IMG/VR virus record: IMGVR_UViG_3300048574_000483 | Span: 1-53,890 of that record | From: a virus | Lineage: Duplodnaviria > Caudoviricetes | Reading direction: 5' to 3' (one strand) | Length of the DNA: 53,890 nt | Shown here: positions 45,336 through 53,890 of the stretch, one piece after another | Layout of the letters: each line of letters starts with the position of its first letter | Numbering within the stretch: position 1 is the stretch's first letter | The notes under the pieces: generated by a model | Database searches by the model: none | The model's input: only the letters and a program-made list of their open reading frames with translations | Told to the model about the DNA's origin: nothing | Program-made: the position numbers and the translations under genes

Positions 45336-47207
45336 ATGGCATTGACCACCACCATCGACCATCTGAAGCCGGGTCAGGAATACCCGGACGGCAACATCAA
45401 CGCCCGCCAGCACTACACCGACGCGGAAATCGAAGAGCTCGCGGTGAGCCTCCTGCCCGATCACGACGGACAGCTCCGCCCATTCCTGGTCTGCACCCAT
45501 CCGTCGACGCCCGGTGACTATTACGTGTTCGGCGGCGGCCGCCGGCGCATCGCCTACACCCGCCTGATCGAGCGCGGCGACCTGCCGGAATCCCACCCGA
45601 TCGAGATCAAGGACTTCGGGCATCTTTCGGTCGCTGAAGCCCTCTCGAAGTCCTGGGCCGACAACAAGGCGGTGCCGATGCACCCGGCCGACTTGGCCGC
45701 CACGTTCGCCACGCTCGCCGCCGATCGGCCGGTCGAGGAGATCGCCGCCGAGCACGGCGTCACGATCCGCGCCGCCCAGCAGCACATCGCGCTCGGCACC
45801 AGGTTGTCGCCGGACATCATCGCCGATTGGCGCGAAGGCCTGCTGAAGCGTGAGGCCATCGAGGTTTTCGCTATCACCGACGATCACGAGGCGCAGAACG
45901 CCGCCCTCCTCTGGGCCAAGACGCAATGGCAATGGGCCCACAACAGCCGCCACGAGATCAACATCAAGGAACTGCGCCAGCGGCTCACCAACAAGAAGGA
46001 GCCGGAAATGAAACGGCTCCTCGGCTTCGTCGGTGTCGACGAATACCGCGCCGCCGGCGGCGTCGTGACGGAAGACTTCTTCGGCCAGGGCGGCATCGTT
46101 AAGGACATGAAGCTTCTCAGGAAGCTGGCCAAGACCAAGATGGACGATTTGCTTGCCGAGCTGAACGCGGAGGGATGGTCCTGGACCGAGGGCCGCATGA
46201 AGCAATCCTTCATGCACCACGGCTACGGCCAGGCGAAGATCAAGGCCGAACCGCTGGCGTCAGAAATGATCCGACAGCACGAGATCGAGCAGCGGTTGGC
46301 GGCGATCAACGGAATGGACTACGACGAAGCCGAGCAAAACGACGCCGCGCTCGATGCCGAACAAGGAACGCTTGAGGCCGAGCTCAAGCGCATCGAGGCG
46401 AAGGCGTTGCTCGCCGGTGCGACAAAGCAGCAAAAGGCCCGTTCCGGCGTCATCGTGTCGGTCTGCGATGACGGCTCGCTCCACTACGATATCGGCCTGA
46501 TCCGGAAGAACGAGCCCGAGGAAGCCAAAAAAGGCGGGGCGCGACAGCAGGCGCAACCCCAGGAACCGCGAGCCACGACACACGAGGCTGATCGCCATAT
46601 CTGCGGCTGCGCAGAGGATGCGGTAGCCGAGCTACTCCTTGAACATCCCGAGGACCTATTTGCGCTATTTCTGGCCTCGGCAGCGCGCTGCAACGAATGG
46701 GGTGACCCGCTGCGGGCCGCAGACGTCGGCACCGCCTACGGCGAAAAGAGCGCCAAGCCATTCGACAAGCTCTACCACCAGTTTGCCAAGCTCTCGCCAG
46801 ACGCCATGATCATCGAGGCGTCCAAGTACATTGCCGGATGCGCCAATGTTGACAGGGATGGTGCGGTCGACCCGCTCATCATGTCGATTATCGGAGAGGA
46901 CAAGTACCAGGAACTGGTGCTGACCAAGTTCGACCGCAAGGTCTACTTCGAAGGCGCGTCGAAGCGCTTCATGCTCGGCGTGATGGCTGAGACGCTCGGC
47001 GAGGAGGTACGCGCTGCCGGCGAGCACATGGGCGAGCAGAAGATCCGCGAAGAGGTGATCGCTGCCGCGAAGAAATATGGCTGGCTTCCGCCTTCCCTGC
47101 GCACCTCGAAATACCTCGAACCGACACCGCTCGAATCCGCGATCGCCGCAAAGGGCGCCAAAGCAAAGGCGCCGAAGGTCACCGCAGCGAAGAAGAAGGC
47201 GGCCTAA
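45336..47207 (+). CDS. ParB/Spo0J-like N-terminal domain protein
   Basis: IEELAVSL..GQLRPFLV..YYVFGGGRRR; MHPAD plus HTH; Y.AAGG.V.EDFF; WLP. Confidence 0.85.
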   Translation: MALTTTIDHLKPGQEYPDGNINARQHYTDAEIEELAVSLLPDHDGQLRPFLVCTHPSTPGDYYVFGGGRRRIAYTRLIERGDLPESHPIEIKDFGHLSVAEALSKSWADNKAVPMHPADLAATFATLAADRPVEEIAAEHGVTIRAAQQHIALGTRLSPDIIADWREGLLKREAIEVFAITDDHEAQNAALLWAKTQWQWAHNSRHEINIKELRQRLTNKKEPEMKRLLGFVGVDEYRAAGGVVTEDFFGQGGIVKDMKLLRKLAKTKMDDLLAELNAEGWSWTEGRMKQSFMHHGYGQAKIKAEPLASEMIRQHEIEQRLAAINGMDYDEAEQNDAALDAEQGTLEAELKRIEAKALLAGATKQQKARSGVIVSVCDDGSLHYDIGLIRKNEPEEAKKGGARQQAQPQEPRATTHEADRHICGCAEDAVAELLLEHPEDLFALFLASAARCNEWGDPLRAADVGTAYGEKSAKPFDKLYHQFAKLSPDAMIIEASKYIAGCANVDRDGAVDPLIMSIIGEDKYQELVLTKFDRKVYFEGASKRFMLGVMAETLGEEVRAAGEHMGEQKIREEVIAAAKKYGWLPPSLRTSKYLEPTPLESAIAAKGAKAKAPKVTAAKKKAA

Positions 47208-47208
47208 C

Positions 47209-47472
47209 ATGAAGAACAGGCTATCAGATCTCAACGACCACCTGTTCGCGCAGATCGAGCGCTTGGCAGATGAAGGGCTGTCACAGGAGAAGATCGAGCA
47301 GGAGGCCAAGCGCGGCGAAGCAATGGTCGCGGTTGCTGACACGATCATTCGCAACGCCGCCCTCCAAATCCAAGCCGCGAAAATCGCGTTCGACGGCGGC
47401 AGTGATCCGTTGCCGTACCTTCCGGCTCCCGCGCTGCTCGCACCCTCACCCGCCAAGGTGAAACCGCAATGA
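47209..47472 (+). CDS. Conserved phage hypothetical protein
   Basis: MKNRLSDLNDHLFAQIERL; coupled to the HNH gene. Confidence 0.75.
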   Translation: MKNRLSDLNDHLFAQIERLADEGLSQEKIEQEAKRGEAMVAVADTIIRNAALQIQAAKIAFDGGSDPLPYLPAPALLAPSPAKVKPQ

Positions 47473-48110
47473 AGGGGCACCGCATCAAATACTCGGAGGC
47501 CGAGCTGCAATGGCTGGAGGCAAACCGAACGTTGCCGATCGAGGATTACCGAAAGGCCTTCAACGCGAAGTTCAAGCGTCGTGTGGTGGCTGCGAACCTT
47601 CACGCTCTGCGCAAACGCAAGGGCTGGCGTACCGGCCGGACAGGCTGCTTTGAGAAGGGCATCGTCCCGCACAACAAGGGGAAGAAGTGCCGCCCAGGAG
47701 AAGGCGGCCGGCACCCGAACGCGGTCAAGACCCAGTTCACGAAGGGGCACCTCCCCCACAACACGCACTATCTCGGTCACGAGCGGGTGTCGAAGGACGG
47801 CTATGTCGAGATCAGTGTCGATCAGCGGAACCCGCACACGGGCTTTGAACGCCGCTACGTCCTGAAGCACCGCTGGCTTTGGGAGAAGGCGCACGGGCCC
47901 GTTCCGGAAGGGATGGCGCTGAAGTGCAAGGGCGACAAGTTGAACACCGACCCGTCCAATTGGGAGTTGGTGCCTCGCGCCCTCCTGCCGCGCCTCAGCG
48001 GCCGCTACGGGCGCGGCTACGACCAAGCGCCGGACGAACTCAAGCCAACGATTATGGGCGTTGCGAAGCTGGAGCAACAGCTTCGGTTGACCAAGCAGAA
48101 AGCAGCCTGA
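47469..48110 (+). CDS. HNH endonuclease-like protein with FxKG..PHN repeats
   Basis: FEKGIVPHN and FTKGHLPHN repeats; DGYVEI; KHRWLWE..HGPVP; N....NWELV. Confidence 0.8.
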   Translation: MKGHRIKYSEAELQWLEANRTLPIEDYRKAFNAKFKRRVVAANLHALRKRKGWRTGRTGCFEKGIVPHNKGKKCRPGEGGRHPNAVKTQFTKGHLPHNTHYLGHERVSKDGYVEISVDQRNPHTGFERRYVLKHRWLWEKAHGPVPEGMALKCKGDKLNTDPSNWELVPRALLPRLSGRYGRGYDQAPDELKPTIMGVAKLEQQLRLTKQKAA

Positions 48111-48111
48111 C

Positions 48112-49869
48112 ATGGCATCGAAATTGATCAGATTTCCAATTCCAGATGAAGCCCTTGATGATCGTCTGGCGACGGTAGGAACCAGCGGCAGCGGAAAGAC
48201 CTACGGCGTCATTGGCGCCATGGCGCGGCTTCTGAAGAAGAGCGCTGCGCGCACGATCGGTATAGACCCCCTTGGTTGTATGTGGGGCCTTAGGCTCAAC
48301 GAAGACGGCGCGAAGCCTTCTGGCCTGAAGATCGCGATCTTGGGTGGGCCGCACGGAGACATGCCGCTGACCGAGAATTCCGGAGCACTGGTCGGTGAAG
48401 CCGTCGCCAAGTCGGCGGAGAGCTGCATCATCGATCTCAGCGAGTTTCCGTCCAAGGCGGCGGAGCGCCGGTTCATGCTGGCATTCCTGACCTCCCTGTA
48501 CCGGTTCAACAAGGATCCGGTACACCTCGTTATTGACGAGGCCGACATGTGGGCGCCGCAGCGCCTCATGGACAAGGATGGCGACGCCGCCCGGCTCCTG
48601 GGCGTGATGGAAACCATCGTCCGCCGCGGGCGTATCCGGGGCTTTATCCCATGGCTGATCACTCAGCGGCCGGCGGTACTCAGCAAGGACGTGCTGTCCC
48701 AGGCCGACGGCATTGTGGCCATGAAGCTGACATCGTCTCAGGACCGCGATGCCATCGGTGCTTGGATCGAGGGGCAGGCCGATCGGCATACCGGAAAGGA
48801 GATCCTTGCATCCCTGCCAACTAAGGCCCGCGGAGAAGGTGTCCTCTGGATTCCCGGCCGTGGCATCCTTCAACACGTAACTTTCCCGAAGAACGCTACG
48901 TTCGACAGTTCCCGCGCACCGCGGCCGGGCGAGAAGCGCGCCGCAACGGCGCTGCAACCGCTCGATATCGGGGCTCTCAAAGAAAAATTGTCCACCGTAG
49001 AAGCTGAGACGAAGGCCAATGATCCACGCGCGCTGAAGGCCGAAGTGGCCCGCCTCTCCGCTGAATTGCGGAAATCAGCGTCCTCCAAACCTGTTGCGAA
49101 GATCAACACGGCGGCGGCAGAGGCGGCAGCGCATGCCGCCGGAGTTGCCGAAGGCTGGGCGGCCTGCTGGCCTCAGGCCTGGGGGGCTGGCGCGACAGCC
49201 ATGCGCAACATGGTCCGCGAAGTATCGCCTCCTGATTCCACTCAGCCGCCGACGCCGCCAAAGTCGCTTTGCAAATTGGCTGGTAAGTATGCGGTTCCTA
49301 TGCCATCGCCCGCAACTCTGCGGACAGAACGTCAAGTTCAAAACCTGAGGGCTGCAGCTTCGTCTCCTGTCGGTCGTGGCAACACAATCCAGCCAGCTAA
49401 GCAACGCATTCTCGACGCCTTGGCATGGTTCGAGAGCATCGGGCAACAAGATGCCGACCGTGACGTTCTGGCTTTCCTGGCCGACACGTCATCTCGAAGC
49501 TCCGCCTATCTCAACAACATCAGCGCTCTTCGGACCTATGGCTTGATCGAATATCCGCGGCAAGGCCTTGTTGCACTGACCGAGGAAGGTCGAGCGCAAG
49601 CCAACCAACCTGCAGCACTTCTCACGCCGGAGGCGTTGCAGGAAGCCGTGAAATCGAAACTGCAACCTGCCCTGCAGCGCATTCTTTCGGTCGCCATAGG
49701 CGCGTATCCAAAATCTCTCTCCCGCGATCGTATTGCCGAACTTGCAGGCACGAGCCCGACATCTAGCGCGTTTCTCAACAATGTCTCTCGGCTGCGTTCA
49801 CTCGGATTCCTGGACTATCCGGCACAGGGAGAAGTCGCAGCTACCGGTCTACTTTTCTTGGAGCGCTGA
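48112..49869 (+). CDS. HerA/DUF87-like P-loop ATPase with tandem C-terminal winged helices
   Basis: GTSGSGKT, IDPLG, LVIDEA, RRGR..G and ITQRPA motifs; duplicated QRIL..SSA.LNN.S.LR..G..YP. Confidence 0.88.
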   Translation: MASKLIRFPIPDEALDDRLATVGTSGSGKTYGVIGAMARLLKKSAARTIGIDPLGCMWGLRLNEDGAKPSGLKIAILGGPHGDMPLTENSGALVGEAVAKSAESCIIDLSEFPSKAAERRFMLAFLTSLYRFNKDPVHLVIDEADMWAPQRLMDKDGDAARLLGVMETIVRRGRIRGFIPWLITQRPAVLSKDVLSQADGIVAMKLTSSQDRDAIGAWIEGQADRHTGKEILASLPTKARGEGVLWIPGRGILQHVTFPKNATFDSSRAPRPGEKRAATALQPLDIGALKEKLSTVEAETKANDPRALKAEVARLSAELRKSASSKPVAKINTAAAEAAAHAAGVAEGWAACWPQAWGAGATAMRNMVREVSPPDSTQPPTPPKSLCKLAGKYAVPMPSPATLRTERQVQNLRAAASSPVGRGNTIQPAKQRILDALAWFESIGQQDADRDVLAFLADTSSRSSAYLNNISALRTYGLIEYPRQGLVALTEEGRAQANQPAALLTPEALQEAVKSKLQPALQRILSVAIGAYPKSLSRDRIAELAGTSPTSSAFLNNVSRLRSLGFLDYPAQGEVAATGLLFLER

Positions 49870-49871
49870 CC

Positions 49872-50168
49872 ATGGCTGACCCCACAATTCGCTTCCAGCT
49901 CGAAGCCGAAATGGACGGACCGCCGAAGCGTGGCCGTAAGCGCAACACTGGCACCAAGCCGCGCGGCTATGCGTGGACGCCTGGGACGGGCCCCGCCGGC
50001 GAGACATGCGGAAGCTGCGCCCACCTCACCCGCCGACATGTGTCGCGGGACTATCCGAAGTGCGCGCTGATGCGGGCGCAGTGGACCAAGGGCAAGGGAA
50101 CCGACGTCAAGACTAGAAGCCCGGCGTGCCGAGAATGGGCAAAGAGGGAGGAAAAATCCAATGGCTGA
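49872..50168 (+). CDS. Small Cys-rich (Zn-binding) hypothetical protein
   Basis: GPAGETCGSCAH..YPKC..SPAC. Confidence 0.7.
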   Translation: MADPTIRFQLEAEMDGPPKRGRKRNTGTKPRGYAWTPGTGPAGETCGSCAHLTRRHVSRDYPKCALMRAQWTKGKGTDVKTRSPACREWAKREEKSNG

Positions 50169-50706
50169 GATGCCAGACGAAGACGTGAACAACCTCGATG
50201 CCGTGGTAGCCGAGCTTGGCCTTCAGGAAAGCAGCACTGCGCCGGCGGAGGCTGTGCGCGAGTTGAAGGTTGAATGTGACCAACTCCGCTTCACCTTTGA
50301 TCTCCGCTGGAAAGCCGACATGCGCGCAATCAAGCGATGGCGGGCCGCGCATCCTGGAAATGAACTAGTGATGCCTGACCACGCCGACCTCGTCGTGTGG
50401 CTGATGGAGCAGCACGACGCCGCCGACGGAACCATAGAACGGCTTCGCGCCAACGCGCGACCTAAGGCTCTCGACTGGAAAGAGCCGTCTTCAACCACCA
50501 ATGGCTGCTTTGTGGCGGATAGCGTTCTTGGAAGATACACGGTTGTCTATGAGGACGGCTGGTACGCATGCCTTGAGGACGGCCTGAAATGGGAGTGGGA
50601 ACCAAGTGAAGACCCCCGCTCGTATCTCGGTCCGTATGCCGCCCAGAATGCTTGCCAGGAGCACTTTGAGCGCACCATCCGCTCAGCGCTAACGGAGGCA
50701 GCATGA
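50161..50706 (+). CDS. Hypothetical protein
   Basis: SD GGAGG; overlaps neighbours. Confidence 0.7.
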   Translation: MAEMPDEDVNNLDAVVAELGLQESSTAPAEAVRELKVECDQLRFTFDLRWKADMRAIKRWRAAHPGNELVMPDHADLVVWLMEQHDAADGTIERLRANARPKALDWKEPSSTTNGCFVADSVLGRYTVVYEDGWYACLEDGLKWEWEPSEDPRSYLGPYAAQNACQEHFERTIRSALTEAA

Positions 50707-50903
50707 ACCGCCCCGCATCCACTATGATAGCTGCAGCGCTCATCGGCGCCTGCATGTCGTATGAGCCAATCCCCGATTCGACCGACGCCGGACCAGGCAA
50801 AGGCAGCAAGGGCATCGCCCGCGGCCGGATCGATCGCACGCCCAACGAACACGAGATCAGCAAGCTGCAAAGCGCATCGCTGAAGCGGCTGCTGAGGAAA
50901 TAA
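50703..50903 (+). CDS. Hypothetical protein
   Basis: SD GGAGG; ATGA overlap. Confidence 0.55.
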   Translation: MNRPASTMIAAALIGACMSYEPIPDSTDAGPGKGSKGIARGRIDRTPNEHEISKLQSASLKRLLRK

Positions 50904-50907
50904 GAAC

Positions 50908-51159
50908 ATGAAGACACGATCAAGAGTGCTTTCGCTGGAGTGCTGGCCCCACGGCAATCACCGGGAATGCGGCCGGCAGTTCGAAATCACCCTTCAGAAG
51001 GGTGAACGCACAGTCGGTCGAGATGGTCAAGGTTATAGGCGCCTCGCCAAAGAGGCGGGAGACGCTGGCTGGTGTATCGGGCACTTCGACGGCCAGGCCT
51101 ACTACGTCTGCCCTGAGCACAAACAAACTGTGTGGAACCCCACACCAATTCGCATCTGA
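50908..51159 (+). CDS. Small putative Zn-binding protein
   Basis: C..C...AGW...CPEH pattern. Confidence 0.6.
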   Translation: MKTRSRVLSLECWPHGNHRECGRQFEITLQKGERTVGRDGQGYRRLAKEAGDAGWCIGHFDGQAYYVCPEHKQTVWNPTPIRI

Positions 51160-51167
51160 GATCGAAC

Positions 51168-51794
51168 GTGGACCAAATTGACCAATGGAAAGCTGAGGGA
51201 AAAGCGGCGGCGCCAGAGCAACTGGGCCGCTTCGGCCACCATCCCGGTCCCGCCATTGACTTCTGCGTCGAGGTCCTGGCTTTGATGGAAATCGGGACGG
51301 ATCGGAAGCTCGGCGTCGAAAACCCCGAGGATGAAAGCCTCGAACGTCGCGTCGCCGCGGCAATGGCGTTTACTGTCGGTGGAAATCAGAACGCAATTTC
51401 TGCCAAGACCGAGTTGGTAGCCCTCGATGGGTTGCTTCGTTCCGGGAAATTGCGAAAGCCCTCCGCCGCCGACCTTCCTGAAGGCGAATATGCGATTGCC
51501 GAGATCATGGGCCACAGCACCATGATCGGCCGCTTCGCCGAAGTGGAGCGGTTCGGAACGAAGATGCTTCAGATCGAGCCGATTTGGGAGAACAAGCTTC
51601 TGCCGGCGGTCTTCGTCGGTGGCGCATCGCTCTACCGGTTCACGCCGTGCACGCGCGAGGTCGCGTTCGCGCGCCAGCCGAAGGCCCGCTATCAGCTTCC
51701 GCAAGCGCTGCTCGCGACCCTGCCGCCCGAGCCGAAGCCTGCGCTTCCCGCACCGGACCGTGACCCGATCGACGACGACGAAATGCCGTTCTGA
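51168..51794 (+). CDS. Hypothetical protein ending in an SSB-like acidic tail
   Basis: EIMGH...GGASLY..TPCT domain; C-terminal DDDEMPF; start uncertain. Confidence 0.7.
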   Translation: MDQIDQWKAEGKAAAPEQLGRFGHHPGPAIDFCVEVLALMEIGTDRKLGVENPEDESLERRVAAAMAFTVGGNQNAISAKTELVALDGLLRSGKLRKPSAADLPEGEYAIAEIMGHSTMIGRFAEVERFGTKMLQIEPIWENKLLPAVFVGGASLYRFTPCTREVAFARQPKARYQLPQALLATLPPEPKPALPAPDRDPIDDDEMPF

Positions 51795-51804
51795 AGGTGA
51801 ACCC

Positions 51805-52110
51805 ATGTCGGCCGAAGAACTGATTTCGAAGATCGCAAGCTACTGCAACGACTTTGCCTGGATGGCTGGCGTTGGTGGCCTCGAGACGGCTGGCTCAGTC
51901 ATATCGTACCTTGCGGCCCACCCGGAGCACACCGCCACGTTTCTAGACGGCGGATTCCCCGCCCTCATGGACGCTTGCGGAGATCCTCGCGATTTATTCG
52001 CGCACGGCTGCTTGACCTTCCATCGCGCGAAGGACGGAAAGGTCACGACGCCGGAAGACTTGCGAGCCTCGATCGCGGCAAGAGACGCGGCCAAAGGCGT
52101 GCAGCAATGA
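51805..52110 (+). CDS. Hypothetical protein
   Basis: AAGGTG SD; coupled downstream. Confidence 0.7.
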   Translation: MSAEELISKIASYCNDFAWMAGVGGLETAGSVISYLAAHPEHTATFLDGGFPALMDACGDPRDLFAHGCLTFHRAKDGKVTTPEDLRASIAARDAAKGVQQ

Positions 52111-52418
52111 CAGAAGGCTTCACCACCATCGAATGCACGGTCTGCCGCCCGAAAGAAGACGCGGTCTGGATCGTCCTCGACGGTGCCGAAGGCACCCGGA
52201 GCGAGCACTTGGCGCTGTCGGCAATCCACCCCGACGACGTCGAGGCGATCGAGCGCGATGACCGGGTGCATTCGATGGCGCTCCGCGTTCGCACGGACGT
52301 GGCCGAAATCTACAACCTTGAACCAGCTCCTGCCGTGGCAGTGCCAGTCGTGGCAGAGCCAACACCCGCGAAGAAACCAGTGGTGCCGGCCTACGGCGAT
52401 TTGTTTGGAACGATGTGA
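52107..52418 (+). CDS. Hypothetical protein
   Basis: ATGA overlap. Confidence 0.65.
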   Translation: MTEGFTTIECTVCRPKEDAVWIVLDGAEGTRSEHLALSAIHPDDVEAIERDDRVHSMALRVRTDVAEIYNLEPAPAVAVPVVAEPTPAKKPVVPAYGDLFGTM

Positions 52419-52702
52419 TGAGTACGAAGCTGCTGTCCCAGAAAGAAGTCCTCGCCGCCTGGCCGGTGCTAAGCGACGCCAACCTCAACGAGGCGCGGCG
52501 CCTCGGGCAGATCGAATGGGTGCGGGGCAAGTACAAGGCGCCCTACTACACCGAGGAAGCGGTCGAGGCTTACATCTCGACTTACAGAACCCATCGCTGC
52601 GGAACACAAAAAGTGACCGCATCAGCCCGGACGCCAAAGCTTGTTGCCATTCCGTCAGATCTTCGGGAGAAGGCCTTGGCCAGGATCGCCGGGGGAATTT
52701 GA
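52418..52702 (+). CDS. Excisionase-like small DNA-binding protein
   Basis: LLSQKEV..L..ARR.G.I...YYTEEAVEAYI MerR/Xis-like pattern, directly upstream of the integrase. Confidence 0.65.
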   Translation: MSTKLLSQKEVLAAWPVLSDANLNEARRLGQIEWVRGKYKAPYYTEEAVEAYISTYRTHRCGTQKVTASARTPKLVAIPSDLREKALARIAGGI

Positions 52703-52741
52703 CGCCTCGACAGCCGCAACATGTCTTGATTTGGTCCACCG

Positions 52742-53890
52742 ATGCCCCGCCCCAGACAACACCCTCTATTTGAGCTCGGCGAATTTTGGATCGGCCGCGA
52801 GCCGACCTCGCCCCTGCTCTATCGCTATTGGCGCGACCACGACGCCAGGCGCACCAAGCGCGCCACGCTGGGGACCGATGACCTCGAAGAGGCCAAGATT
52901 CGGCTCGCAGAAATCGTGCTGCGGGCCCAGCCCGTCACCACCGCGAGCGACCTCGCGGCCATCTTCGACAAGTACTGCGATGAGCACGGCGACAAGACCG
53001 AAACTGGCAAGACGGCGCGCGGCGCGTGCCGGCTGTTCCTCGAATGCTGGGGGAAAGCAGCAACGGTCGCGACCGTCACCGAGGAAAACCAGAAGAAATT
53101 CGCACAATGGGGCGTCGATGAGCACGGCTTCGCGCTGGCGACGATCTATCGCCACCTGACGACGCTGTCCGCCGCGCTGCGGCATTCCGGGATAACGGTG
53201 AAGGTCTTCGCCAACCAGGCGCTGATCCGAGACAAGTGGCGGATCGTCACCAAGCCCCCGCGCCGCGTCTACATCCCGACCGACGACGAAATGCGGCGCC
53301 TCTGGAAAACGCCGATGCCAGAGAACCTGCGACGCTGGCTGCTCATTAGCATGTGCACCGGGTGCCGGCCGGCCGCGGCCCTGGACGTTTCGTCAGCCTC
53401 GCGGCGCCGCGACGCCGAATTACTCGACCTCCTCCCCGCCGATCGCGTCCAGAACAAGAAGAGGCGGCCTACCGTGCGGGTCCCCCCGATCCTCACGGCC
53501 GCCATGGACGACTGGGACAAGGACAAGGTCAAGAACGCTGGCGGCCATTATTCGGGCTACGCCAACTACGCCGGCGTGGCCCAGGCTCTCGAGCGGGTAT
53601 GCGCCGAGAAGAAGGCCAACATCCCGGCGCTCACGACCTACAGCATCCGGCACAAAGTCGCGACGGTGCTCAGGGCGGCCAAAGTGCCAAAGGAGCTACG
53701 GAAGGCCCAGATGGGCCACGTAGACCCAGAAGACCGGGTTTCGGACGGCTATGGCGAGTACGACCCCGACTATCTCAAGGAAGCGACCGACGCTCTAGAA
53801 TCATGGACGCGCCGGATCGTCGGCAGGCACCCCGTGAAGTCTCAAGATAGTCTCAAAACCGGATCACGGCAAAAGCGCGGCAAAAAATAA
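52742..53890 (+). CDS. int: Tyrosine recombinase/integrase
   Basis: TGCRP (Arg), QNKK (Lys), YSIRH, MGH and GY (Tyr) catalytic motifs. Confidence 0.93.
   Translation: MPRPRQHPLFELGEFWIGREPTSPLLYRYWRDHDARRTKRATLGTDDLEEAKIRLAEIVLRAQPVTTASDLAAIFDKYCDEHGDKTETGKTARGACRLFLECWGKAATVATVTEENQKKFAQWGVDEHGFALATIYRHLTTLSAALRHSGITVKVFANQALIRDKWRIVTKPPRRVYIPTDDEMRRLWKTPMPENLRRWLLISMCTGCRPAAALDVSSASRRRDAELLDLLPADRVQNKKRRPTVRVPPILTAAMDDWDKDKVKNAGGHYSGYANYAGVAQALERVCAEKKANIPALTTYSIRHKVATVLRAAKVPKELRKAQMGHVDPEDRVSDGYGEYDPDYLKEATDALESWTRRIVGRHPVKSQDSLKTGSRQKRGKK

Larger units (their letters stand above)
1..53890. mobile_element. Temperate prophage with contractile tail, alphaproteobacterial host, apparently intact
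   Basis: Full set of lysis, tail, head, packaging, replication, cI/cro, recombination and integrase modules in lambdoid order; no host housekeeping genes; att sites not visible. Confidence 0.95.

Noticed and set aside
53830-53890. att core sites at the window ends
   Set aside because: The window is cut at ORF boundaries, and I saw no direct repeat shared by both ends

Overview
The window is one apparently complete ~54 kb temperate prophage with a contractile tail, from a high-GC alphaproteobacterial host. The host call rests on a GapR/DUF2312 homologue, a GTTC-N7-GTTC LexA box and a DUF1376 initiator. The layout is lambdoid. From left to right: an accessory region (1-1.9 kb); lysis genes (spanins, holin, SAR lysozyme); fibre, baseplate, tape measure, tube, sheath, neck, capsid, protease, portal and terminase genes (all minus strand); a late leader with three tRNAs flanked by structured non-coding sequence; a NusG paralogue, initiator, methyltransferase, GapR and a DnaA domain IV protein; a cro/cI switch with ACAGG-N4-CCTGT operators; and a plus-strand early operon (ERF, YqaJ exonuclease, SSB, HNH, ParB-like, HerA-like ATPase, xis, tyrosine integrase). 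The most unusual observations are four. (i) An unannotated unit made of a promoter with a palindromic operator, a 5' hairpin, a 20-aa peptide, a second hairpin and an XRE HTH gene. (ii) Three tRNAs that all have UGN anticodons, two of which lack the near-invariant U33, set in multi-stem candidate ncRNA. (iii) DnaA domain I and domain IV homologues used in two separate phage proteins. (iv) A LexA-boxed small gene at the prophage end. All family assignments come from visual motif recognition and synteny; no database searches were run.
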